The notes under the pieces are model-generated. The model was given only the letters and a program-made list of their open reading frames with translations, made no database searches and was not told the DNA's origin. A program made the translations under genes and the position numbers. This document shows positions 1-8,393 of a DNA stretch of 32,000 bases, in pieces (the first letter of the stretch is position 1; every line of letters begins with the position of its first letter). This DNA is from Flagellatimonas centrodinii (lineage in GTDB: Bacteria; Pseudomonadota; Gammaproteobacteria; Nevskiales; Nevskiaceae), in contig NZ_CP092105.1 of the NCBI RefSeq assembly GCF_016918765.2, positions 79,160-111,159 of the forward strand, given 5' to 3'.

Positions 1-1
1 C

Positions 2-895
2 GGCGTTGAATACGATGAAGTAGCCCGCGTCGCAGACGCGATGCTGGCCAAAGGTGTCGAGCCGACGAACCGCTTGGTGCTGGCCGAGGTCGGAGGCAGC
101 GCCACCACGGTCCACAAGCACCTGAAGAACTGGCGTGCTGCGCACCCGCAGGCAGCGCAGGCGCCGCCGGAGTTGCCGGCCGGGCTGCAGCGCGCGATCC
201 AGGAAGAGCTGCGGCGCCAGCAAGCGGAGGCCCGCAGTGAGATCGAGGCGCGTCTGGTCACAACGCAGGCCGAGGCCGAGGATCTGGCCCGGGCAGCAGA
301 ACGTGCAGAATCCGAGGTTGAGCAGCTGAGCGAACGGGTTGCAGGTCTCACCGGCGATCGCGATCGCCTCACTGGTCAGCTCAACGAGCAGCAGCGCGAA
401 ACCGCGCGCCTGAACGAAGCGCTCAATCACGAACGGGCAGCTGCCGAAAGCGGCCGGGTCGAGATCGCGCAGGCGCGGCTCAAAACTGAAGCCGCTGAAG
501 CCGCTGCCTCTACGCTGCGCGAGGAACGCGCGGAGCAACTTCGCACGCTGGAGGCGGAGCGAACTGCGCGCATTGGCGCGGAGCGCAAGCTGGCCTCAGC
601 TGAGGCGGCCCGTGACGAACTCCGGAAGAGCGCGGAGCAGATGGTGGCCACCGCCGACGAGGTGGAAGCAGAGCGTGATCGCCTGCGAGATCTCCTGGAA
701 CGTGAGCGCGAGCTGCACAGTCAGACCCGAAGCACTCTCGCGGCCGAGCAGGAGAAGGCGCGTGCTGCCGAGAAGCGGGCTGAGGACCTGAGCGAACGAG
801 AGGCGGCGCTGCGCAAGGAGCTCGCGGAAATGCGGCGGGGGCAAGGCAAGTCCACCAAGTCCGAGAAGGGCGCAGGCACTGGGGGTCGCAATTGA
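2..895 (+). CDS. KfrA-like coiled-coil DNA-binding protein (5' end probably outside the window)
   Basis: The frame is open from base 2 with no stop before the ATG at 41. The N-terminus (EVARVADAMLAKGVEPTNRLVLAEVGGSATTVHKHLKNWR) resembles the KfrA N-terminal HTH domain. The remaining ~230 aa are A/E/R-rich heptad-like coiled coil. TGA stop at 893-895. Confidence 0.6.
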   Translation, partial: GVEYDEVARVADAMLAKGVEPTNRLVLAEVGGSATTVHKHLKNWRAAHPQAAQAPPELPAGLQRAIQEELRRQQAEARSEIEARLVTTQAEAEDLARAAERAESEVEQLSERVAGLTGDRDRLTGQLNEQQRETARLNEALNHERAAAESGRVEIAQARLKTEAAEAAASTLREERAEQLRTLEAERTARIGAERKLASAEAARDELRKSAEQMVATADEVEAERDRLRDLLERERELHSQTRSTLAAEQEKARAAEKRAEDLSEREAALRKELAEMRRGQGKSTKSEKGAGTGGRN

Positions 896-1304
896 TTCGC
901 GATCTCCCGGACAAACGGTGCATCGGCATGAAGGAGGTGCCGTATAGCGCCTATTGTCGGGTGTGCTGGTTCCCGACGTTTCTGGCTTGGATTCCTGAGC
1001 GAGACGGAGCCCACGGCGAGTGCATGCACGGCCATACGAGGGCCAGCGACTGCCCGGAGGCCCAAAGCCGCGGGCGCGGAGCAGCAGAGATTCAGAAGCT
1101 CAGGAACGCCGGCGTGTGGCCACCATTGCGCCCAGACCAGGTCGCGGATCAGCCCCAAAAGGTCGACGAACCGAACCCGGGTCCCACGACAAGTTCGTGA
1201 TCGGTGGCCATGGCTGCCACCGGGGCGGTGCCGAAAATCGCTGAGATTCGGTATGGGCATCGGTCTACAGCTTTTGAATTTCACGGTGAAATCGGAGCTG
1301 TGGC

Positions 1305-1994
1305 ATGGACGTACTCGCTGCAATTGCAGTCTCTGCCGTGGTGCTGGGGATTGCCTATCACTACTGGCGCGATCTGGTGATGGCTCGTGCGGCAGGGGTC
1401 TATCCCTATCAGCGAGGCGGCGCCATGTTGTCGGAAGCCGAGGCGCGATTTCTCCAGACCCTGAAGCTCGCAGTGCCGAAGCGACTTCTGGTATGCCCAA
1501 AGGTGCGGATCGCTGATTGCGTGACAGTGCGAAAGGGCTTGAATCGCACAACTGAACGACTCGCACTGACCCGCGCTGCGGTCAAGAACTTCGATTTTGC
1601 CGTTGTCGACGAGGTGACGCGACAGCTGGTGGTGGTCGTCGAGTTGGATGATGAGCCCTTCGTCACCAGGAAAGCCCGGCGGCGGGAGGAGTTCATTGCC
1701 GGGGCATGTGAGGCCGCTTGCATCCCGATCGCGCGCTTTCGTGCTGCTCAAAGCTATGATGCCAACGAGGTGCGCACCGTACTGGTTTCTGCGATCAATG
1801 CTGCCAAGGTTGGGAATGGCGAGGTTCCTGAACCTCAAGGGGCAGTCTGTCCAGAGTGCAATGGAGCCCTTGTACTGTTTGTTGTGCAGGCTGGTGTCTT
1901 GAAGGGGTGTTCAGTGTGGCGCTGCGCTCGGAGGCCCGCATGTAAGGGCTACGTCCTCAATCGAACAGAACCGCCGCATCTGCACGGCGTGTGA
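1305..1994 (+). CDS. Membrane-anchored DUF2726-like (PD-(D/E)xK-type) protein with a C-terminal topoisomerase/primase-type zinc ribbon
   Basis: N-terminal hydrophobic helix (VLAAIAVSAVVLGIAYHYW). Core LSEAEARFLQTL...VCPKVRIADCV...NFDFAVVD...VVVELDD matches my memory of DUF2726. C-terminal CPECNG...CARRPACKG is a four-Cys ribbon. GGAG lies 8 nt upstream of the ATG. Confidence 0.6.
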   Translation: MDVLAAIAVSAVVLGIAYHYWRDLVMARAAGVYPYQRGGAMLSEAEARFLQTLKLAVPKRLLVCPKVRIADCVTVRKGLNRTTERLALTRAAVKNFDFAVVDEVTRQLVVVVELDDEPFVTRKARRREEFIAGACEAACIPIARFRAAQSYDANEVRTVLVSAINAAKVGNGEVPEPQGAVCPECNGALVLFVVQAGVLKGCSVWRCARRPACKGYVLNRTEPPHLHGV

Positions 1995-2070
1995 GGTGCC
2001 GGCGCCGAACTTAGTCAGTTAGCTTCGCCGGCCATATAGTGGATGAATACACTCTGAGTTCACGACCCTG

Positions 2071-2583
2071 ATGCAGATAAACATCGACCCCGCGACTCGC
2101 CACTGTGCTCACATCGTTCAGGCGGCTGAGTACATTGCGAAGGCACATGCTGCGGCCAGCAGCCTGGGCGCCCTCGGGCATCATCCAGGGGTCGGGTCTT
2201 TCGAATTCGAGCAGCGGATGAAGTGGTACCGGATCAAGGGGCCCGTGGACCTCCACCTCCTTGAGCGCGGCGCCCTTCGACTCGGCGAAGCACACGAGTT
2301 GCTAGAGCGATGGATCCGTCAGGCGCGAGGCGGTTCAGGCATGAATGCGCTATCGGTGTTGGCCGAAGCGCGTGGCACGAGTGCTTACGCTGAAGGAATT
2401 CTGCGAAAGGCAACCAACAATGAGTGGATCACGCCGGCGCGCCGGCTGATACGTGTTTCGTATCGAGCGCTCTTCAGGATGAAGTGCGTGATGAGCGGAA
2501 TGCCGGTAGAAGATCCACCCGAAGATGAGGCTCTGGTCACCGTTTGTTCACATCCGGACGATTACACGCGTGACGCTGGTTGA
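2071..2583 (+). CDS. Hypothetical protein (170 aa), no family recognised
   Basis: Longest ORF in this interval, with GC-rich third positions. No clear Shine-Dalgarno, so the start is uncertain. Confidence 0.4.
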   Translation: MQINIDPATRHCAHIVQAAEYIAKAHAAASSLGALGHHPGVGSFEFEQRMKWYRIKGPVDLHLLERGALRLGEAHELLERWIRQARGGSGMNALSVLAEARGTSAYAEGILRKATNNEWITPARRLIRVSYRALFRMKCVMSGMPVEDPPEDEALVTVCSHPDDYTRDAG

Positions 2584-2602
2584 CCGTGTCTGTTGAGGGT
2601 AG

Positions 2603-2636
2603 TTGTCCACAGGTGTTGAACAGAACCTGTGGACAA
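2603..2636. promoter_or_regulatory. Perfect 12-bp inverted repeat (TTGTCCACAGGT / ACCTGTGGACAA) with a 10-nt spacer, between the orphan gene and the patatin gene
   Basis: Read directly: arms at 2603-2614 and 2625-2636. No T-tract follows, so it is more likely an operator or RNA hairpin than an intrinsic terminator. Confidence 0.45.
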
Positions 2637-2774
2637 ATTGCTCGGCAGTTCGGCCTGACGTGCAAGGGGAATCTTTCGTAGAGTGCGCACGTCGGGACCA
2701 CCGCTGGCGAACGCCGCAAGAAACAGTCTCGGAACACCGCTTACGCAGCTCAACTGATCGGGGCATAGGACAAG

Positions 2775-4424
2775 ATGCAGGATGGAAAGGAATCCCTCTA
2801 CCTCATCCTCGAGGGTGGCGGTGCGAAGGGCATAGCCCATATCGGTGCAATCCACGCGATTGAGGCATATCGGACCCACATCAGCCTCAGCGGGATCGCC
2901 GGCACATCGGCAGGATCCATCGTCGCGGCGCTCTCCGTGGCGGGGTACTCTGCGGATGAAATCTTCAGCCTCGATGGCAGCACCCACATCCTCCAGAACC
3001 TCCGGCCGCCGCCAAGGTATGCCTATGAATTGCTTGGGCGTGCGGCATGGGAGCGCCTGCGGGTGATTCGCTGGTGCCAGCGGAAACCGAGGCTCGCGGC
3101 TGCGCTGCTCGGACTGCCTGCGCTCTGGATTCTGGGAGCCCTGCTTCCGCCGGAGGGTCCGTGCGACATTGCCATCCTCGCCGCCATCACCGCAGGGCTC
3201 ATCTGGTTGTTCCGAAACGTGACCGGGCTGACTTCGCTGCGTGAGTTCCGCGGGCACCTCGGCGTACTGCTCGACGCCAAGGCCGCGGGCCATACTGATG
3301 TCACATTCAAGCAGGCTAAGGAAATGGGGTGGCTGCCCCTCAAGGTAATTGCCTCTGATCTTACCCACCGGCGCCTCGCTGTGTTCAGCGCAGAAACCAC
3401 CCCGGATGTCGTGATAGCCGATGCAGTCATGGCCAGCATCGCGATCCCCGTGGTGTTCGAGCCCTGGAACATCATCTACCCCTCATATGACGCGGCTCCC
3501 CAGTGGGTACAGCAGGCAAGAGAGCGGCAAGACTGCCCTCTCCCCGCTACACATGCCGATGGCGGCATGATCGCCAACCTACCTGCTTGGGCGTTCGAAG
3601 CTGAGCGTGCTCTGGACCGTGACAGCACGCTTCTGGCTGTTGAACTCACTGGGGCGCACCAAACAGCGACCACAGTTCCCCTGACAGGCCACGGCCTGCT
3701 GGCCAGCCTCATCCATACCGCCATTTTTGGTGCCGGCGAGATCAGTAAAAGGGTGATAGGCCGCAACCTGGTGGTCACTCTGGAGTCCATCAGGCGGGAC
3801 GGCAAGACCGGCCTCGGTGTTTTGGACTTCGACGCGCCGGTAGAAGACCTGACCTATGTCATGCAGGATGCTCGGAAGATGGTCTCAGCGGTGTTGGTGC
3901 GGAAATTCGGCGAGGAGCTGTCGGCATTTCGTCGTGTGACTCAGACGCTGCACGATGCCCTCAAGGACAAAATGCGGCAAGGCATTCTTGGGATCACGAT
4001 CCACTCTGGCGATGTCGCCACGGTCCGGGTCTCGGTTGTGGGGCTCAATACCGCCACCGACAAGCCCGGGACACGGCCCGAGGGGGTGCAGTGTTCGTTT
4101 GGTGACTACAGCGGCTCGCTCTCACCCGGTAGTGGCTTCGCCCATATCCAACGCTTGGCCACGCTTGTCGCCACAAGCGGGTCCCCTGCGTTGGTTTTCA
4201 GTGGAAAGGTTTATCGACCCAACAACACCTGGCAGGCGGCGCCTAACTTTCTTGTTCAGGATGGTTCCTGGAGCGAACTTTGCTGGGCCTATGCGGTCCC
4301 ATGGGAAGTGGATGATCGATGCTGGGTCATCATGGTGGAGTCGAGTAACCACCTCCTCGAGCCCCAGCGGACGGCTGAGAGGATCCAAGCAGCAATCGAG
4401 GATGAGTTGGAGGGCGACGCTTGA
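2775..4424 (+). CDS. Patatin-like phospholipase with an internal hydrophobic hairpin and an uncharacterised ~250-aa C-terminal region
   Basis: Oxyanion motif GGGAKG (LILEGGGAKGIAHIG), nucleophile elbow GTSAG, and catalytic Asp motif DGG (HADGGMIANLP). Two hydrophobic segments (LAAALLGLPALWILGALL / IAILAAITAGLIWLF) sit between the Ser and Asp motifs. AGGA RBS upstream. Confidence 0.85.
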   Translation: MQDGKESLYLILEGGGAKGIAHIGAIHAIEAYRTHISLSGIAGTSAGSIVAALSVAGYSADEIFSLDGSTHILQNLRPPPRYAYELLGRAAWERLRVIRWCQRKPRLAAALLGLPALWILGALLPPEGPCDIAILAAITAGLIWLFRNVTGLTSLREFRGHLGVLLDAKAAGHTDVTFKQAKEMGWLPLKVIASDLTHRRLAVFSAETTPDVVIADAVMASIAIPVVFEPWNIIYPSYDAAPQWVQQARERQDCPLPATHADGGMIANLPAWAFEAERALDRDSTLLAVELTGAHQTATTVPLTGHGLLASLIHTAIFGAGEISKRVIGRNLVVTLESIRRDGKTGLGVLDFDAPVEDLTYVMQDARKMVSAVLVRKFGEELSAFRRVTQTLHDALKDKMRQGILGITIHSGDVATVRVSVVGLNTATDKPGTRPEGVQCSFGDYSGSLSPGSGFAHIQRLATLVATSGSPALVFSGKVYRPNNTWQAAPNFLVQDGSWSELCWAYAVPWEVDDRCWVIMVESSNHLLEPQRTAERIQAAIEDELEGDA

Positions 4425-4490
4425 CAGGGCCACTCCCCTCCCCATATATGTGCTGAATCAGGCTGTCATTGCAGCCGAACGGAGGCCCCT

Positions 4491-4706
4491 ATGACCACCA
4501 CAACGAAGGACCCGCAGGCGAATCCGTCGGAGGCGGCGGCGAAGCGCATCAAAATTGCCGGTGCTAAGGGTAAGGGCGTAATCAGTTCCAAGAACATGAA
4601 GCCGGTCTACGACACATTCTGGGAGGCAGGAAAGCGCGCACGCGAGCTTGAGGCAGAAGCCACGCGACCTGGCTCTGGAATCCGGGTAGTGCGCCTTGTG
4701 CGCTGA
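4491..4706 (+). CDS. Small basic protein (71 aa), unknown function
   Basis: Strong GGAGG 7 nt upstream of the ATG. K/A/R-rich. Immediately followed by a canonical intrinsic terminator. Lies 66 nt downstream of the patatin stop. Confidence 0.6.
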   Translation: MTTTTKDPQANPSEAAAKRIKIAGAKGKGVISSKNMKPVYDTFWEAGKRARELEAEATRPGSGIRVVRLVR

Positions 4707-4725
4707 TCTGACACTGTAATGAATG

Positions 4726-4754
4726 AAGCGCGCCAAACGGCGCGCTTTTTTATT
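4726..4754 (+). terminator. Rho-independent terminator
   Basis: Perfect 9-bp stem AAGCGCGCC / GGCGCGCTT with an AAAC loop, followed by TTTTATT. Confidence 0.8.
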
Positions 4755-4956
4755 GGGGCTCGGCAGTAAGCTGTTGATGCGGAGATTCTGGCGCTTCGGC
4801 TGCAGCCGGCCTGCCAGCCTTGTCCCGGAGCCGAACAGTGGTCGCGGGGAAGGCAACCTAAAGTGGCGGCGGCTCGGCCGTCACCCCCGACATACCAATC
4901 CCACACCGCCGAAGGCCAGGCTGGGCGGTCGCGGTCGGCGGGGAGTGAAACGGTCT

Positions 4957-5766
4957 ATGGAGGCTGAGCCTGCACCATTCAGCCCCATGAGCACCATCAT
5001 CATTCCCGAAGTCATTGGCGCCCAAAAGCACCCTGCTGTCGCAGAAGTGGCAGAACGGGAGGGCTATGGATCAGATGACGGCCGCCAGCCGCCTGCCGTC
5101 GGGAGGGCCGTCACCCTGGTGAGGTCGGACGTGGGGCTGACAAAGCGATTTGGGGTGTGGGCTCTGTTGGCTGCCGTCCTCGCTAGCCTCGTCAGCGGAT
5201 GGGTGACGTTGGGGCGGCGCCACATTCCTGCTGGCGCCGTGGGTCTGATGCAATTCACCGATCACGCCGAGGTTTATCCGAGCGGGACATTCCTTCTGAC
5301 CCCCTGGAGTCCCGAACCACAGTTACTCGATATCGGATCCCAGGTGTCAACTGTGGAGCTCGGAGGAATGGTCGTGGACCGCGAGGGCTTGCCGGTCCCT
5401 TCGCTGACGATCGAAGTGGTGCACCGGTTCGATCCAGCGTTCGCCCAGAGGTTATTGGCCGCAGGCGCCGCCGGTGGCGAGGCGGTACGAATCCGCGTGA
5501 AGTCGGCAGCGACGGCCGCGATGGTGGAGATACTTTCAGAGTTGACGTCCATCGAGTTGGCGAGGATCGGCTTTCGCCTGTCTCCATTGTTGGATGAGCG
5601 TGTTCGGACACTGATCGAGGCTGCATGGCCATCCGATCTTCGCGACGGGATCATCGTCGAACACGTGAGTTTGACGGAGTTGGCCGTCGACGCTGAAGTG
5701 CAACACGCGCTCATGGAAAGTTCGCGGAAGCAGGCTCTGACCGCATTGCTCGAGGGTGCGCCATGA
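4957..5766 (+). CDS. SPFH/band-7-like membrane protein
   Basis: The ORF-track start at 4723 reads through the terminator. I prefer ATG 4957, which has GGGAG 11 nt upstream. One TM (FGVWALLAAVLASLVSGWVTL) is followed by an HflK/C-like pattern (IPAGAVGLMQF...YPSGTFLLTPW...VVDREGLPVPSLTIEVVHRFDP...IIVEHVSLTELAVDAEVQHAL). Confidence 0.55.
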   Translation: MEAEPAPFSPMSTIIIPEVIGAQKHPAVAEVAEREGYGSDDGRQPPAVGRAVTLVRSDVGLTKRFGVWALLAAVLASLVSGWVTLGRRHIPAGAVGLMQFTDHAEVYPSGTFLLTPWSPEPQLLDIGSQVSTVELGGMVVDREGLPVPSLTIEVVHRFDPAFAQRLLAAGAAGGEAVRIRVKSAATAAMVEILSELTSIELARIGFRLSPLLDERVRTLIEAAWPSDLRDGIIVEHVSLTELAVDAEVQHALMESSRKQALTALLEGAP

Positions 5767-6254
5767 GCAGGTGGTGGGCTGGACTTTCTATCTCACTGCT
5801 GCTGCTGGCATCTGCATGTGGTGGCGACGAGGTGGGCGGCATCACGGTTCCGGAGATCAAGCCGCCGCCATGTGTGGTGTCGGCGGAGACGGGGCGACTG
5901 CACAATCACCCAGCCAGGGTTTGGATCGTTAAAGAGCCTCGTGCCGATGACGACCTGGCGTACATGGTAATGAGGTCGGTGTTCGGATTGGCCCTGAACG
6001 GTCCAGAGCTGCTTGATGCGGTGAGGGTCGACCTGGTGATTGAACCTTGGACTTTCGACCTTCGTGATGGTGTCGAAATCGTGCGCGCGCCGAGCGGCGT
6101 GGGCGTGGATCTCCGGTTCAGAAGCTCCTACGCGCCTGAGATCGTCCGAATGGTGCAAGGTCAGCGGCACGCGGTGCTGAAGGTAGGGATCGGCCCCGAG
6201 GAATCTGCGCTGCGCATGATCGCCAGGCGTGAGCGCAAGGACTGCGAAGCGTGA
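5763..6254 (+). CDS. Putative lipoprotein
   Basis: ATGA start/stop overlap with the upstream gene. Signal peptide with a lipobox-like LLLASAC|GG. Confidence 0.55.
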   Translation: MSRWWAGLSISLLLLASACGGDEVGGITVPEIKPPPCVVSAETGRLHNHPARVWIVKEPRADDDLAYMVMRSVFGLALNGPELLDAVRVDLVIEPWTFDLRDGVEIVRAPSGVGVDLRFRSSYAPEIVRMVQGQRHAVLKVGIGPEESALRMIARRERKDCEA

Positions 6255-8344
6255 ACGCGCTCGACGCCGCCCCGGCAAAGGGGTCGGCGGCGGAAGAGAT
6301 TGCAACAGCGAATGACCGGCCACTCTTGCTGCCATGCGGATTCGACGACCTCACGGTGGCCCCCCTCCGTCGCTTCCGGGCGAGGGACCTGCAGCCATTC
6401 ATCGGACAGGACGTTGTAGTCGAGGCGGCGGTATTCCGGGTAGTACCTGACCGCCGATCGCTGGGGATCTTGGGCGTCCTCATTGGACAAACCGGAGCCG
6501 GCCTCATGATTCTGGGGGGCTACGACTCTGCGCCGGTGCTTCGATATCTACTCTCGCCCAAGCGCGCCGCCTTTTTACTTTATGGCCGGATTCGCAAGGA
6601 AAGCGGCCTGTTGTGCATGCGTGATGTTGAGCCGATTTCGCGTGAATGGTGCGGGCAAATCAGACCTCGATATCCGTTGGATGGTCGGGTGGTTGCGGCG
6701 CAAGTTCGCCGTATTGCCGATATCGAGAAGGACAGCTATCTGGCCGACGCCCGCGCCCAGGCGATTCGACGGGCCAAGGTACGATCCAATCTCGACTCCA
6801 TCGTCCAGTCTGCGGCGGCCACGGTGCTGGAGGAATCATTAAAGCATCCGAAGAGCGTAGAAGCCGCTCTGGGTGTGCTGACGCGGATTGAGGCGCGGAC
6901 GAAGCTCCGGGGCATCCTGCGGGTGCTTCACAAGCCTGACTCGATGACCAGTGCGTTGGCTGCCTTGCACAAGATCCAGGTGGTCGCCGCAGTGTGCATG
7001 CTGCAGGAGGGTGTTGAGGCGAACTTCACCGCGTACCAGAAGCGACGGAGGATCAAACGCGACGCGCCAGCTGTCGCTCTCGAAGTGCTCGCCGGCGGCA
7101 AGGCCGCTGCTCTGGCCCGGCTCTGCATGTACTACCCCTATACGCTGACGGACGAGCAACAAACCGCAATATGGGAATGCCTCAACGAACTCAACGGTGA
7201 GCGTTTCGTGCGCTGGCTCATATCCGGCGATGTGGGGACCGGAAAAACCGACACCTTCGGCGCAATCGCCCGAGCTATGGCTTTGTCGGGGCATCGGGTC
7301 GCGGTGCTGTGCCCCACAGCGAATCTAGTTCGGCAGACCTTCGCGAAGCTAGCAAGCTGGAATCCCGATGTCGGTATGAGCTTCACCGCGGGCCGCGAGG
7401 TTGAGGGCGATCCCGAGACAGCTTTGATCCAGGTGGGGACGCTGGCACTGCGCCGATCGGCGCGACGCTTCGACCTGGTGGTGGTCGACGAGCAGCAGAG
7501 ATTTGCCCGAATGCAGCGCGAAGAGTTGATGTCGTCGGCCGGCCACCTGATTGAAGCTACAGCAACCTGCATTCCCCGCACCCAGGGCCTGGCTGATCTG
7601 GGCGCAATCAAAGTCAGCCGGCTGCGGAAATGCCACGTCGAGAAGGCCATCACCACACGCATCTTCGAGCACAACGAGCGGCGCGCGCTGTTCGCTGGGG
7701 TGCGGGAAAGCGTCGAGGCTGGGCGGAAAGTGCTGGTGTTCTATCCGGCGATTCATGGCAGCGGCGCCGCACACGTGGCCACCTTGATGGAGTACGAGCA
7801 GGCCTGGAGAAAGCTGTTCGGTGATCGCCTCGGCGTTGTACACGGGGCCCTCAAGCCCACGGACGCCCAGGCGGTGATCGACCAACTGCGGTCGAACAAG
7901 GTCGACGTAGTCCTGACCACCACACTGCTGGAAATGGGTCTCGATGTGCCAGATATCCAGCGAGTTGTGGTCGTCCAGGCCCAGCGATTCGGACTGACGA
8001 CGCTCCATCAGATCCGAGGGAGGGTTGCCCGTGCCGGCGGTGAGGGCTATTGCGATCTCTACATGCTCGGTGACTACTCGGCGAAGTCACGGAGGCGGAT
8101 GGAAGTCATGACCCGCACCACGGATGGCTTCGTGATAGCTCGGATGGACGCGCAGCTGCGCGGTACCGGCGACGTCACAGAGCACGGACACCGGCAGAAA
8201 GGATCACTACCTGGCAATCCGTTCGTCAATCTGCCGGTCCCCCCGAAGGCCATGGACGAGGCCGCACGCGCGCTCTACAAGGTTTGGTTCGATCCAGCTG
8301 CAGAGGTGGTGGCCGGGGCGAGCGGCCAACCCGATGGCGGGTAG
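6251..8344 (+). CDS. RecG-like SF2 DNA helicase
   Basis: GTGA overlap with the upstream gene. Walker A GDVGTGKTD, motif II VVVDEQQRF, ATCIPRT (RecG ATPIPRT), TTTLLEMGLDVPD, and FGLTTLHQIRGRVARAG (RecG FGLAQLHQLRGRVGRG). The N-terminal ~170 aa parallels the RecG wedge/OB region. Confidence 0.8.
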   Translation: MNALDAAPAKGSAAEEIATANDRPLLLPCGFDDLTVAPLRRFRARDLQPFIGQDVVVEAAVFRVVPDRRSLGILGVLIGQTGAGLMILGGYDSAPVLRYLLSPKRAAFLLYGRIRKESGLLCMRDVEPISREWCGQIRPRYPLDGRVVAAQVRRIADIEKDSYLADARAQAIRRAKVRSNLDSIVQSAAATVLEESLKHPKSVEAALGVLTRIEARTKLRGILRVLHKPDSMTSALAALHKIQVVAAVCMLQEGVEANFTAYQKRRRIKRDAPAVALEVLAGGKAAALARLCMYYPYTLTDEQQTAIWECLNELNGERFVRWLISGDVGTGKTDTFGAIARAMALSGHRVAVLCPTANLVRQTFAKLASWNPDVGMSFTAGREVEGDPETALIQVGTLALRRSARRFDLVVVDEQQRFARMQREELMSSAGHLIEATATCIPRTQGLADLGAIKVSRLRKCHVEKAITTRIFEHNERRALFAGVRESVEAGRKVLVFYPAIHGSGAAHVATLMEYEQAWRKLFGDRLGVVHGALKPTDAQAVIDQLRSNKVDVVLTTTLLEMGLDVPDIQRVVVVQAQRFGLTTLHQIRGRVARAGGEGYCDLYMLGDYSAKSRRRMEVMTRTTDGFVIARMDAQLRGTGDVTEHGHRQKGSLPGNPFVNLPVPPKAMDEAARALYKVWFDPAAEVVAGASGQPDGG

Positions 8345-8393
8345 CAGTGCCGCGTGCCGTGTCAATCGGAGTGCTGTGGTGGAGCTGCTGCGC

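Noticed and set aside
892-1200. 102-aa ORF in the 409-bp gap between the KfrA-like and DUF2726-like genes
   Set aside because: It has no recognisable motif and a Cys/Trp/Arg-rich odd composition, and it competes with other overlapping frames. The region is left as unannotated intergenic DNA that may contain promoter or partition-type sites, but I found no clear iterated repeats there.
721-1566. 281-aa minus-strand ORF, and similar long antisense ORFs (2562-3368, 5793-6335, 7349-8008, 10476-11453, 12036-12599, 22715-23371, 27291-27764, 30076-30657)
   Set aside because: Each lies opposite a plus-strand gene with clear family motifs or operon coupling. The products are Arg/Pro/Ser-rich low-complexity sequences typical of shadow ORFs in GC-rich DNA, and none has a convincing RBS.
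2031-2042. 12-mer GCCATATAGTGG shared between the intergenic regions at 2031-2042 and 30032-30043
   Set aside because: A single 12-mer pair is expected many times by chance in a window of this size, and there is no extended flanking similarity that would suggest att or terminal repeats.
2260-2280. Rx4H (HEPN-like) motif RLGEAH in the 170-aa orphan
   Set aside because: A single short motif with no surrounding HEPN-like helical pattern that I could verify. It is likely coincidental.
4723-4956. Upstream extension of the SPFH-like ORF to the ATG at 4723
   Set aside because: The extension reads straight through the intrinsic terminator at 4726-4754 and encodes an Arg/Gly-rich stretch. ATG 4957 with a GGGAG RBS gives a sensible N-terminus.
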